Part shown: in pieces, positions 55,230 through 63,203 of the stretch
Numbering within the stretch: the stretch's first letter is position 1
Layout of the letters: each line of letters begins with the position of its first letter
DNA from: an uncultured delta proteobacterium
GTDB taxonomy: Bacteria > Desulfobacterota > Desulfobaccia > Desulfobaccales > 0-14-0-80-60-11
Direction: 5' to 3'
NCBI GenBank assembly: GCA_963747645.1
Contig: CAVVFW010000017.1
Coordinates: 26,702-90,701, forward strand
DNA length: 64,000 nt
Made by a program: the position numbers and the translations under genes
Notes under the pieces: model-generated
The model's input: the letters and a program-made list of their open reading frames with translations, nothing else
Told to the model about the DNA's origin: nothing
Databases searched by the model: none

Positions 55230-56516
55230 CTACAAAAAGCCCTTACCCCCTCCCCACCGTCTCTTCCCGCACCAACTCCCTCCCTCGATCTTGCGGATCA
55301 CCGGCAGGACCCAGGGGAGCAGGGCGAAGGCGGGCCAGGCCGCCAGAAAGGCCAGGAAGAAGAAGGTGGCGTAGCCGAAATAGGCCGCGGCCCAACCCCC
55401 AGGTAGCCGCAGAGGCGGGCGCTGAGGCCGAAGAGCATGGACAGGAAGGCGTAGTGGGAGGCGCTGAAGCGTTTGTCGCACAGGCACATGAGGAAGGCCA
55501 TGAAAGCCGCCGAGCCCATCTGGCCGGCCAGGTTTTCGATCAGGGTGGCCAGGTAAATCGTGTAATGCCAGCTGCCCGGCAGCGCCGCAGCCCAGTACCC
55601 CAGGATGGAGCAGGCCTGGAGGATGCCCAGGAGCCACAGGGCCCGGCTGATGCCCCAGCGGGCGGTGATGACGCCCCCCAGAAACCCGCCGGCGATGGCC
55701 GGAATTTTCCCCACGGTGATGGAGGCCACCCCGAACTGGGTGCCGGTAAAAGCCCATGTCCCGCCAAAAGGGGCTCACCATGGCCCCCATAAAGGCGTCC
55801 CCGGCCTTGTAGGCCAGGATGAAGACGATGATGGCCCCCATGTGGGGATGGCGCATCAGGACGTGCAGCGACTCTTTGATCTGGCCGAGGCCCTGGCCGG
55901 TTTGTGCCCGGGCCACTTCGGGCCGGGCCTGGTGAAAGGGGCCGAAGACGACAACGGTGAGGGCCAGGGCGGCCATGATGACCGCCACCCCCACGAAGGT
56001 GGGACTCCAGCCCACCAGGTCGCTGGCAATCAGCACCCCGCCGCCGGCGGCGATGAGGCCCACCCGGTAGGCGCCGATGCGGATGCCGTTGGCCATGCCC
56101 AGTTCATCGGTCTCCAGGAGATCGATGGTGTAGGCGTCCACCGCCAGGTCCTGGGTGGCCGAGGCCAGGCACAGGACCCCCACCAGGACCCAAAAGGCCA
56201 GGGTGACCGGGGCGTTGGCCACGTAGGCCAGACCCAGCATGCTGAGGATGACCAGGACCTGGGCCGGCACCAGCCAGGCGGCCCGGCTGCCGAAGCGGTC
56301 CGCCAGGGGACTCCACAGGACCTTGAGGCTCCAGGCCAGGCCCAGGAGGCTCAAAATGCCGATCTGCTCCAGAGGCACCCCCCGGCTGCGGAGGTAGTAG
56401 GACAGGGTGGTATAGACGAACCCGAAGGGCACCCCCTCGGCAAAGTAGAGGACGCCCACCACCAGAAATTTCAGGTTTCGGGACAGGTTGGCCGGGGGCT
56501 GGGCGGGCATGGACAC
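55230..56516 (-). pseudogene. ampG: MFS transporter, AmpG (muropeptide permease) family; two frameshifts as sequenced
   Basis: The N-terminal half is AmpG-like (YFAEGVPFGFV, LKVLWSPLADRFG). The middle piece is ORF 55298..55729. The tail returns to the first frame. The junctions are near 55745 and 55400. Confidence 0.65.
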
Positions 56517-56826
56517 GTTCTAACATAAGGGGAAAAAGGCGAAAAGGGGAAAGGCGAAAAGGGCAGGAAAAAGATTATAAATTCACGCATCCTTGACCCG
56601 TCGCTGGGGTAGGCTGGATCTGGCGTCGGAGCTATGGAATATGCATCTGGCTGTTTAACCCCATGTGAAAAGAAGAGCGGAAAAGGCCGGAAAGGGTCAA
56701 AAAGGCGAAATAATCCAGCCGCAGGGATCAATACCCGAGGAACGGTTTCCTGCCTATCCAGAGCTATAAGGCAGATTGGCGGTTTGCCCGGCCGTTCTTC
56801 TCCTTTTCCCTTTTCCCCCAGAGTTT

Positions 56827-57591
56827 TTACTTCTCTTCGAGACTCTGGGCGATGGTTTCCGCCACCTGAAGCAGGGCCGGCACCGCCTCGTACGGCGGCC
56901 GCCCCTTCAGGTCGGCTTCAATGATCTTATCATCGAAGGGGATGAACCCCAGGATGTCAAAATCCGGCAAATTCTTTCTGAGGAACTCCTCGTCCGAGGC
57001 GCTGCGAATCTTGCTGCCCACGATGGCGACCTTCTTGAGGCCCAGGTCGCCGGCCAGATCTTTGACGTGCATGGCGGTTTCGATGCTGCGGCGCCCCGGC
57101 TCCACCACGATGATCAGGCGGTCCACCCCCTGGGCCGTAGCCCGTCCCAGGTGTTCGATGCCCGCCTCCATGTCCATGACCACCACCTCATCCCGGAGCA
57201 GCACCATGTGGGTTACCAGGGTGCGCAGCAGCACGCTCTCGGGGCAGACGCAGCCGCTGCCGCCCTTCTTGACCCCACCCATGATGATCAGCTTGATGCC
57301 GTCGATCTGCCGGGCATATTTCTCGGGGATGTCGTCCACCTTGGGGTTAAACTTGAAAAAGCCCCCCATGGACCCGGGCGTGGAATCGGTGCGCTCGGCG
57401 ATCATCTCCTTCATCTGGCTCAAGGGGACGAGGTTCTCCGGGTCGGGGACCCCCAGGGCCAGGGCCAGGTTGGCGTCGGGGTCGGCGTCCACCGCCAGCA
57501 CCTTCTTGCCATGGCTGGCGTAATAATTGATTAAAAGGGCCGCCAGGGTGGTTTTCCCCACCCCGCCTTTGCCGCTGATGGCGATTTTCAT
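56827..57591 (-). CDS. cooC: CooC-type nickel-insertion ATPase (MinD/ParA-like P-loop)
   Basis: 254 aa, with the deviant Walker A ISGKGGVGKTT and the CxC metal motif GSGCVCPE, both characteristic of CooC/AcsF. Confidence 0.8.
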   Translation of the reverse strand: MKIAISGKGGVGKTTLAALLINYYASHGKKVLAVDADPDANLALALGVPDPENLVPLSQMKEMIAERTDSTPGSMGGFFKFNPKVDDIPEKYARQIDGIKLIIMGGVKKGGSGCVCPESVLLRTLVTHMVLLRDEVVVMDMEAGIEHLGRATAQGVDRLIIVVEPGRRSIETAMHVKDLAGDLGLKKVAIVGSKIRSASDEEFLRKNLPDFDILGFIPFDDKIIEADLKGRPPYEAVPALLQVAETIAQSLEEK

Positions 57592-57938
57592 AAGTTACTC
57601 CTCAAGTCGGCGAAAATTACTTAGGTTATATAGAAAGGATATGTCCTTCCGGCGATAATGCAATGGGTGTCTGCTGCCGTTTTTTCGCCTTATTGCCTCT
57701 GCCCGCCGCCCTGGTCACGATATAGCAGCCTCTGGTGGCAACGGTACGCTCCCTGTGCTATGGTTTGATAGAAGAAGTGTAGGGCAGGCGCCCTCGCCTG
57801 CCCGCGGACCGCCGAGGGCGGCTGTCCCACAGTTTCAGGCTCCAGGCTGTCAGGGTCGTGGACCGTAAGCTTGAGTTGCAGCGGCAGACCGAAAAGTACC
57901 GCTCTCTCAGTTCAATTTTTTTTTGCAGGAGAACGCCC

Positions 57939-58374
57939 ATGCAGGTGAAAATCGAACCGTTAGCTCCGGAGTTAGAAGCCGGCATCCGGCAAAAACTGGC
58001 GGCCAACCCCTTTATCAAGTTTGTGGGCATTAAGGTCCCGCAGTTAGGCCAAGGGCTACGCCCGCTTCCTGCTGCCCTTCAAGCCCGATCTGGCCAACTC
58101 CATCGGTCTCCTGCAGGGGGGCGTCATCGCCGCCCTGGCGGATGAGGCCGTGGCTTACGCCCTCTACAGCCTGGTGCCGGAGGGCGAGACCTTCAACACG
58201 GTGGAGATGAAGATCAACTTCCTGGGAGCGGTGAAAGAGGGCGAAGTGACCGCCGAGGCCCACATTGCCAAACGGGGCCGCACCATCTCCCTCGGCGAAT
58301 TCGAGGTGCGCCAGGCCGACCGGCTGGTGGCCAAGGGGCTGTGTACCTATATCCACCTGGCCGGGAAAAAGTAA
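57939..58374 (+). pseudogene. PaaI-family hotdog thioesterase; one frameshift as sequenced
   Basis: The ATG at 57939 gives MQVKIEPLAPELEAG...FVGIKV. After about 58050 the protein continues in the ORF 58150..58374 frame (GGVIAALADEAVAYALYSL...EMKINFLGAV...). Confidence 0.7.
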
Positions 58375-58475
58375 GCCCGTAATTCCTCCCCTGACGCCGG
58401 GGCCACCGGAGAGATCTTGGGCGGCGCAAGATAGCCCTGCCATATTTTGTCGGCATAATCCTGGGGACAGTGACG

Positions 58476-59159
58476 CTACTGCTTGTGCCCCACCGGCATC
58501 ACCAGGAACGGGATGTTAGCCGGGGGAAGTTTCAAGGCCTGGCTCAGGGCCTTATCGTTCATCCCTCCGGCGATCCCGGCCCCCAATCCCAGGGACTCGA
58601 CCTGGAGAAAAATGTTTTCGGCGATCAAACCCGCCTCTATGTGGGTGAACAACAGCGCCTTCTCCCCATTCTTGACTTCGGAACGTTTATAGTCGCCGGA
58701 GATTACCAGGATCACGGGGGCTTCAGTCATCCAGGCCTGGGAATTGCAAGCCTTGGCCACCGCGGCGCGGAAATCCCCCTTGGCCACCGGTTCCAGGGCC
58801 TGGTCCGCCACATTATAGTGGTATAACCCGGGGGCCAGTCCGGCCACGCCCCGCTCCCCCGCCACCAGGTAGATATCCATGGGGTAGGTGGCCTTACCGG
58901 AGGGCGCGGTCCTCTTGCCCTGGGGATTAGTGACGCCGTCCCCGGCCCACAACAGTTGGGAGATTTGCGCCAGTTCCAGGGACCGGTTGGCGAATTTGCG
59001 GATGGAGCGCCGGTTATGCAACGCCTCCTCCACACTCACGGTGCCCTTGGTGACCGGGGCCGGCAATTTGATGGCCTCGGCCCCGAACCCGGTAGTCAGA
59101 TTCACCAGGGTTAACCCCAGGGCCATGACCAGACTCAATATGATTTTCATTATTTTCAT
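58476..59159 (-). CDS. secreted nitroreductase-family protein (SagB-type dehydrogenase-like)
   Basis: The ATG at 59159 gives the signal peptide MKIMKIILSLVMALGLTLV..., followed by a nitroreductase fold (RRSIRKF..., PSGKATYPMDIYL, AQSLGLGA-type C-terminus). The track start at 59237 is less likely. Confidence 0.7.
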   Translation of the reverse strand: MKIMKIILSLVMALGLTLVNLTTGFGAEAIKLPAPVTKGTVSVEEALHNRRSIRKFANRSLELAQISQLLWAGDGVTNPQGKRTAPSGKATYPMDIYLVAGERGVAGLAPGLYHYNVADQALEPVAKGDFRAAVAKACNSQAWMTEAPVILVISGDYKRSEVKNGEKALLFTHIEAGLIAENIFLQVESLGLGAGIAGGMNDKALSQALKLPPANIPFLVMPVGHKQ

Positions 59160-59502
59160 CAGCCTGAACCTCTTCCTGATCAGATAGGGTGATTGCATCG
59201 AGACACCCGGGTGGTCCGCCGCCTGGCGTGGTTTCACGCCATCGCCGCCGGGTTCAACCTGACCCCGGTTGAGCCTTCAAGTGTATTCCATTCCTAAGGA
59301 AGATAGTGCCGGTGATGACCGGATGCCAGTCCTTCAACCAAAAAACTGGCTGCCCCGGGAGAGCGCCGGGGGCCCGGCCACAAAAAAAGAACCGGCCGAG
59401 TGGGGGAGACCCGGCCAGTCGTGAAAGGAGAAAATGGTATATGAACTTTGATTAAGGGGGGGAAGTGGGTTTCCTTAATGGTTCATATCTTGTTATATAT
59501 TC

Positions 59503-59520
59503 ATGCAGCAACCGTGCCAA
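59503..59520 (-). promoter_or_regulatory. candidate sigma-54 (-24/-12) promoter facing the nitroreductase gene
   Basis: Minus strand reads TTGGCACGGTTGCTGCAT. GG and GC have the consensus spacing of TGGCACG-N4-TTGC, with CTGC in place of TTGC. Confidence 0.4.
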
Positions 59521-59858
59521 AACCGATGATGCCAATTTTATATTGAATTTACAGGCTATTACGTTTCCGGCGCGGCGAAGCCGGTTCAATTATTTGTACC
59601 ACCTGAAGGCCATCCAGAAGCAATGTGGTAGATAACCAGTTGAATTAATTTATCTATTGAACAATATAGCTTTTCGCCGCCTCGTACAAGAAGTCGCGGG
59701 TCCTCCGGGAAACAGCCGCACCCACCTCTCTGCCGCCTTTCTCCCCCTAAGGTTTGTACCCCACCGCCGGCCGGCTGCGACCGCGTCATCCCCAGCACCA
59801 CCAGACTCCACCAGATATGCAGCGCTACAGCTCTAGCGGCGCCGCAACTTGCCCCAAC

Positions 59859-59998
59859 GGGTCCCATATACCTAGTTGCTGTCATAGAAGTAAGAGAATC
59901 TGTCATTCTGAACGGAGCACAGCGGAGTGAAGAATCTCGTTGTTGAGATTCTTCGCTACGCTCAGAATGACAATGTTACTTGTTTGATCGCAACCTGG
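59859..59998. repeat. palindromic MITE-like repeat, family 2, copy 1
   Basis: It is nearly identical to 62749-62887. The outer inverted ends are (ctagttgctgtcatagaagtaag / cttacttgtttgatcgcaacctgg). The inner inverted repeat is gtcattctgaacggagcacagcggagtgaagaatctc / gagattcttcgctacgctcagaatgac. Confidence 0.75.
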
Positions 59999-60038
59999 TA
60001 TTAGCTCCCCGGGTATCGGGCCGGTGGCGCTGGTCCCC

Positions 60039-60553
60039 CTACAAATCGCCCCGGGCCAGGCTGAGCACCGAGGCCACCAACCGGGCCATGGCGGCCTTGG
60101 TGAGGTGGATGACCAGGTCGGTTTCCCGGCAGGGGACCCGCCGGGCCTTGAAGAGCCCGGTCACCGCAATTTCCACGGCCTCCCCGCGCTCTTTTGACCA
60201 CCAGGCGCGGTTCTTCGGCAAAGACGAACAGGTTCTGCCCCGGCAGGTGACAGGCCGCCAGGACGGCCACCTCCAGCAGTTCCGGGCCCGGGGGCGGGGA
60301 CTGCGGGAGTTCCTGCTGGGCGGCGAACTCTTCCAGGCTGCGGATGAGTTCCTCCCGGCGGGACAAGGGAATTTCCAGGATGATGCCGGTTTCCGACTCG
60401 GCCGGCGGGGACTTCCGTGACCGTAAGGTCGTCCACCCGGAGGATAAAGGTCCCCCCGTGTTCGTCCCAGACCATGGAGCCCGGGGTGTGGCGGTCCAGC
60501 CGGATTCCAGGGTCCGCCACCACAACCTGGGCCCGGGAGCACGGTATCAGCAT
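60039..60553 (-). pseudogene. hypothetical protein (about 170 aa), readable only across three frames
   Basis: The pieces are MLIPCSRAQVVVADPGIRLDRHTPGSMVWDEHGGTFILRVDDLTVTEVPAG, then ESETGIILEIPLSRREELIRSLEEFAAQQ...FAEEPRLVVK, then ERGEAVEIAVTGLFKARRVPCRETDLVIHLTKAAMARLVASVLSLARGDL. I recognised no family. Confidence 0.4.
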
Positions 60554-60858
60554 AGCAGGCCTCCCTTGACGCGGGCTAACCGCCGGTCAGCCCCGGCCCG
60601 AGCCCGGGCCGTACCGGGTTATACCTTGCGGGCAGGCCTTCTCCTGAGACGATTTTACCGCCATTGCCGCGATTATCCAGCACTATTTTACCGGGCGGCA
60701 AACCCTCGGGGCCAGCCCGCCCGGAGGGAAAATCGCGCCTTTATGCAAAGAATTCCTGGGATGTGGCCCGGTTCGGCCTTGACCCTTATCTTGAGAAAAC
60801 TTACTATTTATAATTAAGAGATAAATTTTGTCGAAATCACCTAGAATGGGAGAAGGAC

Positions 60859-61381
60859 ATGGCATATTCCCCAATAGTACTGGATCACTTTAAGAATCCC
60901 CGCAATGTAGGAGAAATCATCAGCGCCGATGGGGTGGGCGAAGTCGGCAACCCCGTGTGCGGGGACATGATGAATGTGTATATCAAAGTCGAAAATGACC
61001 GGCTGGTGGACGTCAAGTTCAAGACCTTCGGCTGCGGGGCCGCCATCGCGGTTTCCAGCATGATCACCGAAATGGCCCGGGGCAAAACCCTCGACTGAGG
61101 CCATGAAGATCACCAACGCCGATGTGGCCGAGGCCCTGGGCGGCCTGCCGCCCAACAAGCTCCACTGCTCCAACCTGGGAGCCGACGCCCTGCACTCCGC
61201 CATCAAGAACTACCTGGACCGCAAGGCCGGGAAGGTGCCCGACACCGAACTGGACAAGGAACCTCACCACAAGCAGGAAGGCGAAGGCTGCTACTGCCCC
61301 TACTGCCAGAAACAGGTGGAGGAAGAGTCGCCCCTGTGTATCTTCTGCGGCAAGGATATCCCCCATGACCACGACCACTGA
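60859..61381 (+). pseudogene. iscU: IscU/NifU-like Fe-S scaffold with a C-terminal Cys/His-rich tail; one inserted base as sequenced
   Basis: The scaffold motifs GNPVCGDMMNV, FKTFGCGAAIA and LPPNKLHCSNLGADAL are present. An inserted T at 61096 creates the TGA and shifts into ORF 61103..61381. The tail carries CYCPYC-x11-CIFC and ends PHDHDH. Confidence 0.85.
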
Positions 61382-61412
61382 TGACCCCGGCCCGGGAGAT
61401 AAGGACGCTGAC

Positions 61413-62587
61413 ATGGGTGTAATCTATCTGGACCATCTGGCCGCCACGCCTCTCCACCCCCGGGTGAAGGAGGCGATGATCAATTACATCAATACCGTTT
61501 TCGGCAACCCCTCCAGCGACAACCAGGTGGGGCATGCCGGCCGCTGAGGCCCTGGAGCAGGCCCGGGGCCAGGTGGCCGCCCTGATCAACGCCGAACCCA
61601 AAGAGGTGGTGTTCAACTCCGGCGGCACCGAGTCGGTCAATCACGCCATCAAAGGGGTCGCCATCGGGCTCCGGGAGAAGGGCCGCCACATCATCACCTC
61701 CAACATCGAGCACAAGTCGGTCCTGAATTCTCTCCGGACCCTCCGCCTCCTGGACTACCGCGTCACCTCTCTGGACGTGGATAAGTACGGCCTCGTGGAC
61801 CCGGCGGAGGTGGAGAAGGCCATCACTCCCGAGACCATTCTCATCAGCATCATGCTGGCCAACAACGAGATCGGCACCATCGAGCCCATCGCCGACATCG
61901 CCAAAATCGCCAAGAAGCACAAGGTGATGATGCACACCGACGCGGTGGCCGCCACCGGCATCATCCCCGTGGACGTGCAGGAGCTGGGGGTGAATCTCCT
62001 GAGCCTGGCGGCCAACCAGTTTTACGGCCCCCCCGGGGTCGGCGCCCTCTACATCCGCAAGGGCACGCCCATCTGGCCCCTCATCGACGGCGGCCTCCAG
62101 GAGAACAAGCGCCGGGCCGGCACCGAAAACCTCATCGGCATCGTGGGCATGGGCGCGGCCGCGGAGGTGGCCAGGCATCGAGATGCCCGAACGCCTGCCC
62201 CGGATTCAGGGTCTTAAAAACCGCCTGGCCAAGGCCCTGACCGAGCGCATCCCCGAGATCAAGATCAACGGCCACCCCAACCAGTGCCTGCCGCATCTCT
62301 TCTCGGTGTCGGTGGAATACATCGAAGGCGAGAGCCTGGTGATGATGCTGGACGAGGAAGGCATCATCGTGGCCACCCGGTCCGCCTGCGCCTCCGGGTC
62401 GCTCCGGGCTTCCCACGTCCTCATCGGCACCGGCCTGGGCCACGCCCTGGCCCAGGGCACCCTGGTCTTCACCCTGGGCATGGACAACACCGAGGCGGAC
62501 ATCGACAAGGTGATCGAGGTGATGCCGGCCATCGTCCAGACCCTGCGGGAGATGTCGCCCCTTTACAAGAAAGAGCACACCGGCTGA
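61413..62587 (+). pseudogene. IscS/NifS-family (class V aminotransferase fold) protein lacking the PLP lysine; two frameshifts as sequenced
   Basis: The protein reads MGVIYLDHLAATPLHPRV..., TSNIEHKSV, MHTDAVAATG and the active-site loop RSACASGS. The expected S-x-H-K is A-A-N-Q (62014-62019). The junctions are near 61545 and 62185. Confidence 0.8.
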
Positions 62588-62623
62588 GGCTTATCTCTCA
62601 GTCGCAGATCGGTTAAGACTGAA

Positions 62624-62660
62624 GCAGGGGCGGGTTTTAAACCCGCCCCTGCTATTTTTA
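62624..62660 (+). terminator. intrinsic terminator after the IscS-like gene
   Basis: GCAGGGGCGGGTTT / AAACCCGCCCCTGC is followed by TATTTTTA. Confidence 0.75.
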
Positions 62661-62748
62661 TCCCGAATGACCAAAAGTTGAGCTGACTATCATCAAACCG
62701 GGAACAGATTAAACCTGACACCCGGGCCTAAAACTTTACCTGTTGCCC

Positions 62749-62887
62749 GGGTCTCATACCAAGTTGCTGTCATAGAAGTAAGATAGATCTGTCATTCTGA
62801 ACGGAGCACAGCGGAGTGAAGAATCTCGTTGTTGAGATTCTTCGCTACACTCAGAATGACAATGTTACTTGTTTGATCGCAACCTGG
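62749..62887. repeat. palindromic MITE-like repeat, family 2, copy 2
   Basis: It is in direct orientation relative to copy 1 and differs from it by only a few substitutions or indels. Confidence 0.75.
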
Positions 62888-63014
62888 CATCAGACACAGC
62901 TATGATATCCATATCAATTCATTTTAATAGATTTTATAAGGGTGGATAGATAGCAGATAGTAAAACTCTTGCCTGATCGAATACTACGCCGTATTTACTC
63001 TGCGTAATGATGCG

Positions 63015-63203
63015 TCAGCAACGATAGAAGGTCGATAGCCAGGATATGCAGGTTCTCAGACTGAGCCATTCACACCGGTAATTATCGACACTCCCCCAGG
63101 TCAACCGTAACCTCACAAAGTTCCGTCTCCCAAAATTATTGGTTCTAATCGCTTCGAAATACCCGGTAATTATGGCGCTAAAGATGGGTTCAACTATAAT
63201 CAA
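63015..63203 (-). CDS. possible 62-aa ORF whose TTG start overlaps the stop of the upstream radical-SAM gene
   Basis: The TTG start at 63203 overlaps the TGA stop in the sequence GTTGA. The peptide MIIVEPIFSAIITGYFEAI...YRCEWLSLRTCISWLSTFYRC lies in an AT-rich stretch. Whether it is coding is uncertain. Confidence 0.2.
   Translation of the reverse strand: MIIVEPIFSAIITGYFEAIRTNNFGRRNFVRLRLTWGSVDNYRCEWLSLRTCISWLSTFYRC

Noticed and set aside
59586-59906. 106-aa minus-strand ORF in the spacer upstream of the iscU module
   Set aside because: Its N-terminal third is encoded by the family-2 palindromic repeat. The remainder is Gly/Arg-rich with no RBS or motifs.
61096-61098. The in-frame TGA inside iscU as a selenocysteine codon (selA is in the window)
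   Set aside because: The downstream conserved IscU sequence (EAMKITNADV...LHCS) is in a different frame, so the TGA arises from a 1-nt insertion. The position is Glu in IscU homologues, not Cys or Sec.
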